64,000 nt of DNA from an uncultured Prevotella sp. (lineage in GTDB: Bacteria; Bacteroidota; Bacteroidia; Bacteroidales; Bacteroidaceae), in contig CAJODK010000002.1 of NCBI GenBank assembly GCA_905233245.1, positions 50 through 64,049 of the forward strand, given 5' to 3'. The notes beneath the pieces were generated by a model, which ran no database searches, was not told the origin of the DNA, and saw only the letters and a program-made list of their open reading frames with translations. How positions within the stretch are numbered: the stretch's first letter is position 1; each line of letters begins with the position of its first letter. Positions 10,269 to 20,755 of this stretch are shown one piece after another. The translations under genes and the position numbers were made by a program.

Positions 10269-11897
10269 ATGGCAAACTTCAAGGAAATATTCGAAAGTCG
10301 CTACACATGGATAGAGGGTTTTATGCGCAACGTAAGACGTCTTTCTGGCAAGCAGGCAATGGTAGACCCTGAGTCAGGGCGTAAGTGGACCTACTCCGAG
10401 GTAAACAAGGAGGTAAACCGTCTGTGCAACGCTCTCAAGAAAGATGGCGTAGCGAAGGGCGATGTAGTGATGCTGCAAATGCTTAACTGTCCAGAGTTTG
10501 TCTTTGCCTATGTGGCTTGTCACAAGATGCAGTGCGTATGCTGTCCTGTGAGCTATCGTATAAGTACAGGCGAGATGGCATATAATATAGAAGATTCGAA
10601 GCCCTTTGCCGTAATAGTGTGCGAATCAAAGGTACAGAGCGTGCTCGATGCCGTTAAGCGCTCCCAGCACAAGCCTAGACGCATAATCACTACAAGCGAC
10701 AATGAGGTGGATGGAGTACTGCGCTACAGCGACTACGTAATTAATGGCTCAGACACAGAGCCCGTCATCAATACGCCTTATAACATCTATGACGAAACGG
10801 TACGTCTCTATACCAGTGGCACCACTGGCAGACCCAAAGGCGTGGGCATAACCAGCATCAACGAGGTGCTCTCCGCCCATGACATCATAATGCACTTCCC
10901 TATGAGCAGTCGCGACATCACCATGAACACTACGCCTTGGTTTCACCGTGGCGGACTGCACTGCGCTGGTCCCTGCCCTGCCCTCTATGCAGGAGCATCG
11001 ATGGTGGTGATGGGCAAGTTTGACCCTCTGCGCGCCCTGAAATATGTTTATCGCTACGGCATCACCTTTATCGTGGGTGTGCCAACAGTGCTTGAGGAAC
11101 TGGCTGACAAGCAGGAGCAGGGCGGCTATGACCTTTCTACACTGAAAGGCATCGTCACTATGGGTAGTCCGCTGGAGCGTGCAGCATGCATACGTTATCA
11201 GAGAGTGCTCACGCCAAACATCTATAACGGCTATGGCACTACCGAGACACTTTGGAATACCTTCCTCCGTCCATTCGACCTGCCAGATAATGCAGGTAGC
11301 GCTGGCCGCTCTTGCGTGGATGATGACGTGAGGGTCGTGAAGATTTATGACGACCATAAGGCAGAACCAGATGACATGGTGAAGCAAGACAGTATGGAGG
11401 TGGGCGAGGTAATAATCTGCTCGCCAGCTAAGTCGCCATACATGTACCACAATAAGCCAGAAGAGACGGAGAACAAGTATTACAAGGACTTCATCTATAC
11501 CAATGACCTTGCCACCTGGGACGAGTATGGCTACATCACCATCGTAAGCCGAAAGGACGATATGATTATATCCTCTGGCGAAAATATCTATCCAACGGAG
11601 ATAGAGGCTGTGCTCAGCCAGAATCCAAAGGTGAAGGACTGCATCGTGACCTCAGTACCCGACAAGATTCGCGGACAGCTCGTAACAGCATACATAGTGC
11701 CCGCAGACGATAGCATCACTCCCGAGGAGCTCGATGAATACTGCAAGCAGAGTCCTGACATTGCCAACTTCAAGCGTCCACGCTTCTATCGCATCGTGAA
11801 ACAGATACCACGCAACGCAACCGGTAAGAAACTGCATGTAAAAATTAAGGAAACTGCTCTCTACGACTGGAAGAACGGTTTGCTTGATAAAGTGTAA
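10269..11897 (+). CDS. Class I adenylate-forming enzyme (acyl-CoA ligase)
   Basis: YTSGTTGRPKG, YGTTE, RKDDMIISSGENIYPTEIE, PRNATGK. Confidence 0.92.
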   Translation: MANFKEIFESRYTWIEGFMRNVRRLSGKQAMVDPESGRKWTYSEVNKEVNRLCNALKKDGVAKGDVVMLQMLNCPEFVFAYVACHKMQCVCCPVSYRISTGEMAYNIEDSKPFAVIVCESKVQSVLDAVKRSQHKPRRIITTSDNEVDGVLRYSDYVINGSDTEPVINTPYNIYDETVRLYTSGTTGRPKGVGITSINEVLSAHDIIMHFPMSSRDITMNTTPWFHRGGLHCAGPCPALYAGASMVVMGKFDPLRALKYVYRYGITFIVGVPTVLEELADKQEQGGYDLSTLKGIVTMGSPLERAACIRYQRVLTPNIYNGYGTTETLWNTFLRPFDLPDNAGSAGRSCVDDDVRVVKIYDDHKAEPDDMVKQDSMEVGEVIICSPAKSPYMYHNKPEETENKYYKDFIYTNDLATWDEYGYITIVSRKDDMIISSGENIYPTEIEAVLSQNPKVKDCIVTSVPDKIRGQLVTAYIVPADDSITPEELDEYCKQSPDIANFKRPRFYRIVKQIPRNATGKKLHVKIKETALYDWKNGLLDKV

Positions 11898-11953
11898 TCG
11901 AAGTTTTTTACAAAATTATTCGCACTTAATTCTTGGTTATACATTTTTTTTAC

Positions 11954-11961
11954 TACCTTTG
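11954..11961 (+). promoter_or_regulatory. -7 element TACCTTTG for the fumarase operon
   Basis: Consensus match; ATG 8 nt downstream. Confidence 0.75.
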
Positions 11962-11969
11962 CATCTTGT

Positions 11970-13592
11970 ATGGCAAACGTAGAATTCAAATATGCGCCAA
12001 TGTTCCAGCTTGGCGAGGATAAGACAGAATATCGTCTTATTTCCAAAGAAGGTATAACCCTTGGTGATTTTGAGGGCACACCAGTGTTGAAAGTTTCAAA
12101 GGAAGCGCTTGAGTTGCTTGCTACTCAGGCGTTCCACGATGTCAACTTCATGCTCCGTCGTGAGCATAATGAGAAGGTAGCCTCTATCCTCTCATCTCCC
12201 GAAGCTTCTGACAACGATAAATACGTGGCACTCACTATGCTACGCAATGCTGAAGTGGCTTGCAAGGGACAGTTGCCTTTCTGTCAGGATACGGGTACAG
12301 CCATCATACATGGTGAGAAAGGTCAGCAGGTGTGGACAGGTTTTGAGGATGAGGAAGCACTCGCCAAGGGTGTCTATAACACCTATACAGAGGACAATCT
12401 GCGCTATTCGCAGAATGCTCCTTTGGATATGTACAACGAGGTGAACACCCGCTGCAACCTGCCTGCACAGATTGACATCGAGGCGACTCTGGGTATGGAG
12501 TACCGTTTCCTCTGCGTAGTAAAGGGCGGAGGTTCTGCAAATAAGACATACCTCTATCAGGAGACCAAGGCCAGAATACAGAATCCAGGCACGCTGGTAC
12601 CTTTCCTCGTAGAGAAGATGAAGTCACTCGGTACTGCAGCCTGTCCTCCTTACCACATCGCTTTCGTAATTGGTGGCACATCAGCGGAGAAAAACCTGCT
12701 GACCGTCAAACTGGCTTCTACTAAGTTCTACGACACCCTCCCTACCACGGGAGATGAGACGGGACGCGCTTTCCGCGATATAGAACTGGAGAAACAACTC
12801 CTGGAAGAGGCTAAGAAGATAGGCTTCGGAGCACAGTTTGGAGGCACTGCTTTCGCACACGATATACGTGTCGTTCGTCTGCCTCGTCATGGTGCCTCTT
12901 GCCCTATCGGTCTTGGTGTATCATGCTCTGCCGACCGCAATATCAAGGCTAAGATAACCAAGGACGGCGTCTTTGTGGAGAAGATGGACGACAAACCATA
13001 CGAACTCATCCCAGAGGCACTGCGTCAGGCTGGTGAGGGTGATGCCATACAGATAAACCTGGATCAGCCTATCAGCGAGGTGTGCAAGGAACTCTCAAAG
13101 TACCCTGTCTCTACCCGCGTAAGTCTCAATGGCACTATCATCGTGGCTCGTGACATCGCTCATGCCAAGATTAAGGCACGTCTCGATGCCGGTGAGGGAA
13201 TGCCTGACTACTTCAAGAATCATCCTATCCTCTATGCCGGACCTGCCAAGACGCCACAGGGTATGCCTTGCGGTTCTATGGGACCAACTACAGCCAACCG
13301 CATGGACCCATATACTGATGAGTTTCAGGACAATGGCGGTTCGCTTGTGATGATTGCCAAGGGCAACCGCACACAGGTCGTTACCGATGCCTGCAAGAAG
13401 CATGGCGGATTCTATCTGGGCTCTATCGGCGGCCCTGCTGCTTACCTTTCGTCCAGCAATATCAAGAGTATCGAGTGTGTGGAGTATCCTGAACTCGGTA
13501 TGGAGGCTATCTGGAAAATCCGTGTTGAGAACTTCCCCGCCTTCATCCTCGTTGATGATAAGGGCAACGATTTCTTTGCGAAGTTTAAGTAA
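11970..13592 (+). CDS. fumA: Class I (Fe-S) fumarate hydratase
   Basis: [36 protein letters not shown]. Confidence 0.95.
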   Translation: MANVEFKYAPMFQLGEDKTEYRLISKEGITLGDFEGTPVLKVSKEALELLATQAFHDVNFMLRREHNEKVASILSSPEASDNDKYVALTMLRNAEVACKGQLPFCQDTGTAIIHGEKGQQVWTGFEDEEALAKGVYNTYTEDNLRYSQNAPLDMYNEVNTRCNLPAQIDIEATLGMEYRFLCVVKGGGSANKTYLYQETKARIQNPGTLVPFLVEKMKSLGTAACPPYHIAFVIGGTSAEKNLLTVKLASTKFYDTLPTTGDETGRAFRDIELEKQLLEEAKKIGFGAQFGGTAFAHDIRVVRLPRHGASCPIGLGVSCSADRNIKAKITKDGVFVEKMDDKPYELIPEALRQAGEGDAIQINLDQPISEVCKELSKYPVSTRVSLNGTIIVARDIAHAKIKARLDAGEGMPDYFKNHPILYAGPAKTPQGMPCGSMGPTTANRMDPYTDEFQDNGGSLVMIAKGNRTQVVTDACKKHGGFYLGSIGGPAAYLSSSNIKSIECVEYPELGMEAIWKIRVENFPAFILVDDKGNDFFAKFK

Positions 13593-13597
13593 CCGCC

Positions 13598-14566
13598 ATG
13601 CCAATTCTACTTGATATACTTCTCTTTCTCGCTGGTTTGGTGGTAATCATCAAGGGAGCCGACTGGCTTACTGATGGTGCATCCAAAATGGCGTCTCACT
13701 TTGGCGTGTCCTCTCTTATGATAGGTCTTACCGTTGTGGCATTTGGTAGTAGCGCACCTGAATTTGTGGTCAGTGTGGTATCAGCCGTTCATGGCAACTG
13801 TGATATGGCACTTGGCAATATTGTAGGTAGTAATATCTTTAATATCCTGGGTATCATGGGTATTACGGCGGTAATCTATCCCATAAAGGTAGAGAGAAGT
13901 AACGTAAGGTATGACGTACCCTTCGTAATACTTTCGAGTGTAGTCATAGCCATCACGGCTCTCGACCCCATACTCAATTCAAGTGGCGAGGGCGTCATAA
14001 GTCGTAATGAAGGTTTGCTCATGCTCTGCATGTTTGCTATCTTCATGTCTTACACTTTTTCTATAACCAACACGTCCTCTGTTCCTACCAAAGAAGAAGG
14101 GGCTTCCTACTCTCTCCTCAAGTCTTCTCTACTTTTCATCGCAGGACTTGCCGGTCTTATCTTTGGAGCCGACTGGATTGTTGACGGAGCAACGGGCATG
14201 GCTAGAGCCATCGGAATAAGTGATGCCGTCATAGCCCTCACCGTTGTCAGCATAGGCACTTCAACGCCTGAGTTAGCAGCATCAATAATGGCAGCAAAGA
14301 AGGGTGACACTGGCCTTGCCTTGGGCAATCTCGTTGGCAGTGCCGTCTTCAACGTGTTCTTTGTCCTGGGCACCTGCTCCACCATACTGCCTCTTGGTAT
14401 TGGTGGTGTATCTCATATTGACATCGCCTTCCTTCTCTTTGGTTCTGTGCTATTCTATATGCTCTGCTCTTTTGGCAAAGAGAAACTCACACTCACACGC
14501 AGTGAAGGAGCGTTTATGGTGCTTTGCATCACCGCTTACTATTCATGGCTGATATATAATGCATAA
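13598..14566 (+). CDS. Calcium/sodium antiporter (YrbG/CaCA family)
   Basis: Two alpha repeats, GSSAPE..GNIVGSN and GTSTPE..GNLVGS. Confidence 0.9.
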   Translation: MPILLDILLFLAGLVVIIKGADWLTDGASKMASHFGVSSLMIGLTVVAFGSSAPEFVVSVVSAVHGNCDMALGNIVGSNIFNILGIMGITAVIYPIKVERSNVRYDVPFVILSSVVIAITALDPILNSSGEGVISRNEGLLMLCMFAIFMSYTFSITNTSSVPTKEEGASYSLLKSSLLFIAGLAGLIFGADWIVDGATGMARAIGISDAVIALTVVSIGTSTPELAASIMAAKKGDTGLALGNLVGSAVFNVFFVLGTCSTILPLGIGGVSHIDIAFLLFGSVLFYMLCSFGKEKLTLTRSEGAFMVLCITAYYSWLIYNA

Positions 14567-14569
14567 ACT

Positions 14570-16975
14570 ATGACCATCCAGTTCAACATACACTACGGGG
14601 CTCAGCAGGGCGAAAACCTGTTTGTGAACATCGAGCAGGAAGATGGCTCTGTGCGTTCTCTGCGCATGGATAATGTGGACTACGAACTGTGGCAGTGCAG
14701 TTCACAATTCATAGTTCACAGTTCACAGTTACGCTACTACTACTCAGTTAAGAATGGGGACTGTGAGATAAACAAAGAATGGACTACACAGGCTCACATG
14801 ATACAGGTGGGCAGAAATGGCGTCAACCGCTACACCACCTGGGACACATGGATTTTCATTCCCCATGACTCCTATCTCTACTCATCGGCCTTCACCGAGT
14901 GTATCAATCGCAGAGAGAGGCGCGAGGGCTATCTCAGGGATAATCCCTGCTCCATACGCCTCAAGGTCAGGGCTCCGCAGTTGCGTAGCTACGAGAGATT
15001 GGTCATGATAGGAGGTCATCCTGTGTTGGGTGAATGGGACCTGGGGCGTGCCATTCCCTGTACCGAACAGGCTCCTAATGAGTGGGTCTGTGAAGTCAGT
15101 GCCGAATACCTAGCTGACCAGGACATTGACTTTAAATTTGTCGCAGTAGGCGGTGAGGACTTGTGGGAAACCGAGGACAACCGACGTCTCCACGTTCCAA
15201 GACTCAAGCAAGGTGAGGTGGTGGAATATGAACTGTCACAAGCATTCTTCAAGATATGGAACGTGAAGGTAGCTGGCACTCTCATTCCCGTCTTCTCCCT
15301 GAGAACAGAGGGCAGTTTCGGAGTAGGCGACTTCGGTGACCTCAAGCGTATGATAGACTGGGTAGCCGACACCAATCAGCGTGTGCTTCAGGTGCTGCCT
15401 ATCAACGACACTACGGTATATCATACGTGGAAGGATTCCTACCCCTACTCCTGCATCTCCATTTTCGCATTGCATCCGCAGTATGTAGATTTCCGCCAAT
15501 TACCTCCCCTTAAAGACAAGAAGAAGGCAAAGGAACTGGAGACAGTACGTCGTCAGCTCAACCAACTCCAGAGCATCGATTATGAACGTATGATACAGGC
15601 CAAGGAGGAGTATCTGGAACTACTCTTCAAGCAGGAAGGTAAGGAAGTTCTCGCTTCTGAGGATTTCCGACAGTGGTTCAATGAGGAGGAACGATGGCTC
15701 GTGCCTTACGCAGAGTTCTGCGTAAATCGCGACAAAAAACTCTCACCTCTCACCTCTCCGCTCGGCTCTGCCGCTTTGCACAGCAAAGACCTCTCACCTC
15801 AGAAATACTACTACATCCAATACGTGCTGGCTTGCCAGATGAAGAGTGCACACGAGTATGCGCGTTCTAAGAATATCATCCTCAAGGGCGACATACCCAT
15901 AGGCGTGCAGCGCAACGGTTGTGATGTGTGGCAGGAACCCCAATACTTCAATCTCAACGGACAGGCAGGAGCACCACCAGATGACTTCTCTACAGAAGGT
16001 CAGAACTGGGGCTTCCCTACCTACAACTGGGACAACATCCTCAAGGACGACTGCCAGTGGTGGGTGCGCCGTTTCCAGAATATGCAGAAGTATTTTGATG
16101 CCTACCGCATTGACCACGTCTTAGGTTTCTTCCGCATCTGGGAGGTTCCAATGCCCGATACGAGTGGCATCCGCGGACAGTTCCAGCCAGCCCTCGCTCT
16201 CTCCAAAGAAGAGATTGCTGGCTATGGTGTAGAACTGAGGGAAGAGCTCTTCCTTAGGGACCACAAGAATCCAGAACTCTACCATCCCTTCATCGCTGCG
16301 CATCGCACCCCTTGCTATCAGTCACTTTCGGAAGACGAGAAACAGCGTTTCAACCGTCTGTATGATGATTTCTTCTATCACCGCAACGACCACTTCTGGC
16401 AGGAGCAGGCTATGAAGAAACTCCCTCGTCTCATTGAGGCCACTCGTATGCTCGTCTGTGCTGAGGACCTCGGTATGATACCTCAGTGCGTGCCTACCGT
16501 CCTCAATGACCTTCGCATTCTCTCCCTTGAGGTGCAGAGTATGCCTAAGGAGTACGGCCAGCGCTTCGGTCATCCTGAGCGCTATCCTTACCGCAGTGTA
16601 TGTACCATAGACAGCCATGACATGCCTACCCTGCGTATGTGGTGGGATGAAGACTATGACAGAGCACAGGAGTACTACTCTACTATACTCGGTCGTCGTG
16701 ACGAAGCCCCTCACCCACTCCCTGCATGGCTGGCGCGCGACATTATGCTGCGAAATCTACAGTCAGAGTCCATGCTCTGCATTCTATCGCTGCAGGACTG
16801 GTTGGCTATCAGCGACGAACTCCGCCTCGCTGATGCCTCAGCCGAGCGCATCAATATCCCTGCCAACCCTAATCACTACTGGCGCTATCGCATGCATATC
16901 ACAATCGATGAGATGCTCGCTAACCACCGTTTCTGTGATGATGTGGCAGAGATGATCAAACAGAGCGGGAGATAA
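14570..16975 (+). CDS. malQ: 4-alpha-glucanotransferase (GH77 with N-terminal CBM20 domains)
   Basis: GVGDFGDL, KGDIPIG, GAPPDDF..GQNWGFP, RIDHVLGF, AEDLG, HDMPT. Confidence 0.93.
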   Translation: MTIQFNIHYGAQQGENLFVNIEQEDGSVRSLRMDNVDYELWQCSSQFIVHSSQLRYYYSVKNGDCEINKEWTTQAHMIQVGRNGVNRYTTWDTWIFIPHDSYLYSSAFTECINRRERREGYLRDNPCSIRLKVRAPQLRSYERLVMIGGHPVLGEWDLGRAIPCTEQAPNEWVCEVSAEYLADQDIDFKFVAVGGEDLWETEDNRRLHVPRLKQGEVVEYELSQAFFKIWNVKVAGTLIPVFSLRTEGSFGVGDFGDLKRMIDWVADTNQRVLQVLPINDTTVYHTWKDSYPYSCISIFALHPQYVDFRQLPPLKDKKKAKELETVRRQLNQLQSIDYERMIQAKEEYLELLFKQEGKEVLASEDFRQWFNEEERWLVPYAEFCVNRDKKLSPLTSPLGSAALHSKDLSPQKYYYIQYVLACQMKSAHEYARSKNIILKGDIPIGVQRNGCDVWQEPQYFNLNGQAGAPPDDFSTEGQNWGFPTYNWDNILKDDCQWWVRRFQNMQKYFDAYRIDHVLGFFRIWEVPMPDTSGIRGQFQPALALSKEEIAGYGVELREELFLRDHKNPELYHPFIAAHRTPCYQSLSEDEKQRFNRLYDDFFYHRNDHFWQEQAMKKLPRLIEATRMLVCAEDLGMIPQCVPTVLNDLRILSLEVQSMPKEYGQRFGHPERYPYRSVCTIDSHDMPTLRMWWDEDYDRAQEYYSTILGRRDEAPHPLPAWLARDIMLRNLQSESMLCILSLQDWLAISDELRLADASAERINIPANPNHYWRYRMHITIDEMLANHRFCDDVAEMIKQSGR
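14698..14730 (+). repeat. (TTCACAG)4 heptamer, in-frame in malQ (SSQFIVHSSQL)
   Basis: TTCACAA TTCATAG TTCACAG TTCACAG. Confidence 0.85.
15740..15800 (+). repeat. Twin-hairpin cassette in (TCTCACC)n, copy 1, in-frame in malQ
   Basis: 60/61 identical to 57563-57623; encodes LSPLTSPLGSAALHSKDLSP. Confidence 0.95.
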
Positions 16976-17699
16976 CCTCGTAACTCTCTTTCATAAGGTA
17001 TTCGATATTTTCCCGACCCTTACCTATCGGATAGATAGGCTCATGTATTGTGAGGGTCAGCGGGTGCCACGTGATAAACTTTCCGTCCCTATGGCGTGGC
17101 AATACCTCATAGGAACCTTTGATGGTCAGTGGTACAACGGGCAACTGCAGTTCGTCGGCCAGAGTGAAGGCACCCCTTTTGAAGGGTTGCATCTTGCCAT
17201 CTCTGGTCCTCGCGCCCTCTGGGAATACCATCAGCGACGCACCACCTTCCAGAGCCTTCTCTGCCTGTTGGTAGGTGTGCTTCACTGCAGCCCTTGAACT
17301 CTTATCCACGTAGATATATCCTGCCCTCTTGCAACCGATGCCGAGGAAGGGAACTTTCTCCAATTCTTTCTTCAGCATCCACCTTATCTCAGCGCCCAGA
17401 TATCCACACACCAAGAATATATCGTACGCCCCTTGGTGGTTGGCAACGTAGATACAACCTCCCCCCAACCCCCTCCCAAAGAGGGGGAGTTTTCCTTCGA
17501 CCTTTACTGGCAACAGCGAGGCTCGCATGATTATCTTCGCCCACCAGCGGGAGGCAAAGGAGCCCCACCAATCAGGATTGGGCATATAGCGGCACATCAC
17601 TGCCATAGTGGTGCCAGCCCATGCCGACGCCAATACCACGACGGGTGCCAGCACGATGCACTGATATATCTTATATGCGAAATTTAATAGGCTGGCCAT
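16956..17699 (-). CDS. plsC: Lysophospholipid/1-acyl-sn-glycerol-3-phosphate acyltransferase
   Basis: NHQGAYD (HX4D), FPEGART, FKRGAF. Confidence 0.88.
   Translation of the reverse strand: MASLLNFAYKIYQCIVLAPVVVLASAWAGTTMAVMCRYMPNPDWWGSFASRWWAKIIMRASLLPVKVEGKLPLFGRGLGGGCIYVANHQGAYDIFLVCGYLGAEIRWMLKKELEKVPFLGIGCKRAGYIYVDKSSRAAVKHTYQQAEKALEGGASLMVFPEGARTRDGKMQPFKRGAFTLADELQLPVVPLTIKGSYEVLPRHRDGKFITWHPLTLTIHEPIYPIGKGRENIEYLMKESYEVISRSV
17458..17489 (-). repeat. C/G-rich palindromic element, in-frame in plsC (LPLFGRGLGG)
   Basis: CCCCTC-CCAAA-GAGGGG hairpin plus G-rich tail on the - strand. Confidence 0.8.
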
Positions 17700-19014
17700 A
17701 TATAGAGGTCAGAGGTGAGAGGTCAGAGGTGAGAGAATTGCTATAAGCTATTTGACCGTTGACTAAAGTCTTTTCAACCTTCCAGTTAAAGGTTTTGCCC
17801 TCCAGCGGACTCCATCCACACTTACTCTGTATAATATCCTTGGTCACGGTCCAAGCCTCTCCTTTCCTTACAATAGCAATATCCGCCTTATACCCTGGAC
17901 GCAGGAAACCGCGCTCGCTGACTCCGAAAAGTCGCGCTGGATTGTGGCACATCAGTTCCACAAGGCGCTCTATCGTCAGCACCTCCTTGTCCACTAGGCT
18001 AAGCATGCTGACCAGCGAGAACTGCACCATCGGCATACCCGACATTGCCTTCGCTGCTCCACCCTGCTTCTCTTCCAACGTATGTGGGGCGTGGTCGGTG
18101 CTGATAGTTGATAGTTGATAGTTGAAAGTTGAAAGAGCGTTGCGCAAGGCATCCCTATCATTCAGCGTCTTGACAGCGGGATTACACTTGATGAAGGCAC
18201 CGAGTGTATCGTAGTCCTCACGGGAGAAAAGCAGGTGAGCTACTGTAGCCTCACCAGTGATATTGTCACCAAGGAGTTCGAGTTCTCTCGCTGTAGTGAT
18301 GTGGGCAATATGGAATCGTGTACCGTGCTTCTTAGCCAGTCGCACACCCAGCAGCGAACTGCGATAGCAGGCTTCCTCCGAACGAATGAAGGGGTGATAC
18401 TGAATGGGTGGGTCGTCCATGCCCAGTTCCTCCTTTACGCGTGCCATATTGTGATTGATAATCTCTGTATCCTCACAGTGCGCCATCAGAGGCAGATCGA
18501 GTTCCTTGACCAAAGCAAAGATGCCGTCCAGTGCCTCCTCCCTATCCACCAGCATATTGCCCGTGGAGGAACCCATAAAGAGTTTTATACCAGGCACCTC
18601 ATGGACGTCCAGTTTGCGGAGTTCGTCGAGGTTGTCATTCGTAGCACCAGGGAAGAAGGCATAGTTCACGTGCATGCGGCCCTTCGCCAATTCCTGTTTC
18701 TCGCGAAGCGCCTCGATAGTCGTCGTCTGCGGTTTGGTGTTAGGCATCTCAAAGACGCTCGTCACCCCACCCCAAGCAGCAGCCCTGCTCTCCGTCTCCA
18801 TATCAGCCTTGTGCATCAGACCAGGCTCACGGAAGTGCACGTGGGAGTCGATGACGCCAGGTAGGACGTAGCAACCCTCTGCGTCGATGACGGTCTCTCC
18901 CCCTTGGGGGGAGACGGAGGGGGGTATCTCCCTTATCCTATCCCCATCAACAACAAGGTCGGCCTTCATCTGCCGACCCTCGTTAACTATTATTCCACCT
19001 TTTATTAATAGCAT
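17671..19014 (-). CDS. pyrC: Dihydroorotase
   Basis: DSHVHFREPG, EMPNT, KLFMGSSTG, KCNP, TDHAPH. Confidence 0.93.
   Translation of the reverse strand: MLLIKGGIIVNEGRQMKADLVVDGDRIREIPPSVSPQGGETVIDAEGCYVLPGVIDSHVHFREPGLMHKADMETESRAAAWGGVTSVFEMPNTKPQTTTIEALREKQELAKGRMHVNYAFFPGATNDNLDELRKLDVHEVPGIKLFMGSSTGNMLVDREEALDGIFALVKELDLPLMAHCEDTEIINHNMARVKEELGMDDPPIQYHPFIRSEEACYRSSLLGVRLAKKHGTRFHIAHITTARELELLGDNITGEATVAHLLFSREDYDTLGAFIKCNPAVKTLNDRDALRNALSTFNYQLSTISTDHAPHTLEEKQGGAAKAMSGMPMVQFSLVSMLSLVDKEVLTIERLVELMCHNPARLFGVSERGFLRPGYKADIAIVRKGEAWTVTKDIIQSKCGWSPLEGKTFNWKVEKTLVNGQIAYSNSLTSDLSPLTSIYGQPIKFRI
17704..17735 (-). repeat. (TCTCACC/TCTGACC)4.5 heptamer near the PyrC C-terminus (LTSDLSPLTS)
   Basis: AGAGGTC AGAGGTG AGAGGTC AGAGGTG AGAG on the + strand. 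Confidence 0.9.
18102..18135 (-). repeat. (TGATAGT)3(TGAAAGT)2 heptamer, in-frame in pyrC (LSTFNYQLSTIS)
   Basis: Read directly from the sequence. Confidence 0.9.
18897..18924 (+). repeat. C/G-rich palindromic element, in-frame in pyrC (PPSVSPQGGE)
   Basis: CTCCCCC-TTG-GGGGGAG followed by ACGGAGGGGGG. Confidence 0.85.
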
Positions 19015-19017
19015 CCC

Positions 19018-19725
19018 TTAGTTCTTCACCCCCACCATTATATCACGATTATGATTCGCTGCTTCCATATACTCCTTCACGTATGGGTCATTCTTGAAGC
19101 GCTCCGTAGCCTTGGTCATCAGCACCTCAATCCAGGTGGTGAGTATAGGAAATTCGTAGGAGCTCGTAGCTATCTTGAAAATATACGGACCCAGACAGTT
19201 GTCGAAATTCTCCGTTATGAAGGTCGATACCAGCTTGTCCTCCTCCATCATCAGTTGCGCCTCTCGCTCCGCCAGACGGCGGTTTACCTCATCCACATCC
19301 TCGCCATTCATGATAGCCTGACTCTGCTGATGCGCCAAGTCCTCCAGCTGCTCCGTTATCTTGCGGTAGCGCATTGTAAAGACATTCAGCGTATCATTCA
19401 TTGGAGTGCCCGTGCACGTCTGCTTCTGCAGGTTGAGCGCTACCTGTATATCACCGTCCTCCAGTACTACAGGCAGGATAGGCTGCTCATCAATGCAGAG
19501 CGTCACGATGCGCACCGAGTCAAGCGACCCCTTGAATGAGAACTTGCCGTGCACCATATCGCATGAGTCCAGATTCACTATCTTGTCGTCCACCATATCC
19601 TTCAGGTACAACATGCGGCCGTCAGCATTCTGCAGGTCTGACGAACCCTGAATGTTGTAGTTGGTGCAGGCTGTAAACACCGTTCCCAGCATGACCGCTG
19701 ATATGGTCTTTAGAAGTGAGCGCAT
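19018..19725 (-). CDS. DUF4369-domain lipoprotein
   Basis: Lipobox VFTAC; LDSCDMVHGKFSFKG; GTPMNDTL. Confidence 0.75.
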   Translation of the reverse strand: MRSLLKTISAVMLGTVFTACTNYNIQGSSDLQNADGRMLYLKDMVDDKIVNLDSCDMVHGKFSFKGSLDSVRIVTLCIDEQPILPVVLEDGDIQVALNLQKQTCTGTPMNDTLNVFTMRYRKITEQLEDLAHQQSQAIMNGEDVDEVNRRLAEREAQLMMEEDKLVSTFITENFDNCLGPYIFKIATSSYEFPILTTWIEVLMTKATERFKNDPYVKEYMEAANHNRDIMVGVKN

Positions 19726-19745
19726 AGCTTTTTCCGTAACTCATG

Positions 19746-19753
19746 CAAAAGTA
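19746..19753 (-). promoter_or_regulatory. -7 element TACTTTTG for the lipoprotein-pyrC-plsC operon
   Basis: CAAAAGTA on the + strand, divergent from purU. Confidence 0.65.
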
Positions 19754-19787
19754 GAGAGAATTATTGAGATAGAAAAAGAAATTTTTA

Positions 19788-19835
19788 AACTTTAACCTTT
19801 CAACTTTCAACTTTCAACTTTTTTTAGTACCTTTG
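19788..19835 (+). promoter_or_regulatory. (ACTTTCA)4 tract plus -7 box TACCTTTG (19828-19835), purU promoter
   Basis: Read directly from the sequence. Confidence 0.8.
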
Positions 19836-19851
19836 CAAAAATTTACGGATA

Positions 19852-20715
19852 ATGGACAAAACAGCAATACTACTACTACACTGCCCCGACAAGCAGGGCA
19901 TCATAACGGAGATGACACGATTCATCACCGCCAACAACGGTAACATCGTCTATCTCGACCAGTATGTGGACACCGTGGACCACCGCTTCTTCATGCGAGT
20001 GGAATGGACCACCGAGAGCTTCGCCATCCCCGACGAGAAGATAGAGGAATATATCGAGACACTCTACGGCCAGCGCTATGATATGGAGTTCAAACTCTAC
20101 TTCAGTGACAAGCGCCCACGCATGGCACTCTTCGTCAGCAAGATGAGCCACTGCCTCTACGACCTCCTTGCACGATACAAGGCAGGCGAACTGGAGTGCG
20201 ACATCCCCTGCATCGTCAGCAACCACGAAGACCTGCGCTACGTGGCAGAGCAGTTTGACATACCTTATTACGTGTGGTCCATCAAGAAGGACTGGTCGAA
20301 CAAGCAGGAAGTGGAACAGGCAGAGATGCAGCTCATGAAGGAGAAGCAAATCAACTTCATCGTCCTGGCGCGCTACATGCAGATAATCTCCGAGGATATG
20401 ATTAAGGCGTTCCCAAACCGCATCATCAATATCCACCACTCCTTCCTGCCAGCCTTCATCGGCGCCAAGCCATATCATCAGGCATACCAGCGAGGCGTGA
20501 AGATTATCGGTGCCACCAGTCACTACGTGACCACCGAACTGGATGCAGGCCCCATCATCGAACAGGACGTGGTACGCATCACCCACAAGGACACCCCCGA
20601 GACCCTCGTTCTCAAGGGCAAGGACCTGGAGAAGATAGTCCTCTCCCGTGCAGTCAAGAAGCACATCGAGCGCAAGGTGCTCGCCTACCACAACAAGACT
20701 ATCATCTTCAGTTAA
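19852..20715 (+). CDS. purU: Formyltetrahydrofolate deformylase
   Basis: ACT domain CPDKQGI; LARYMQI; INIHHSFLPAFIGAKPY; LDAGPIIEQ. Confidence 0.96.
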   Translation: MDKTAILLLHCPDKQGIITEMTRFITANNGNIVYLDQYVDTVDHRFFMRVEWTTESFAIPDEKIEEYIETLYGQRYDMEFKLYFSDKRPRMALFVSKMSHCLYDLLARYKAGELECDIPCIVSNHEDLRYVAEQFDIPYYVWSIKKDWSNKQEVEQAEMQLMKEKQINFIVLARYMQIISEDMIKAFPNRIINIHHSFLPAFIGAKPYHQAYQRGVKIIGATSHYVTTELDAGPIIEQDVVRITHKDTPETLVLKGKDLEKIVLSRAVKKHIERKVLAYHNKTIIFS

Positions 20716-20755
20716 ACAGTAAGCAACAAAGTCTAGCAGCATAGCAACAACTTTG

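Noticed and set aside
19876-20742. 288-aa antisense ORF over purU, and other long antisense or alternate-frame ORFs (e.g. 1678-2445, 29008-29718, 56181-56945)
   Set aside because: Shadows of well-supported genes caused by codon bias; no recognisable motifs.
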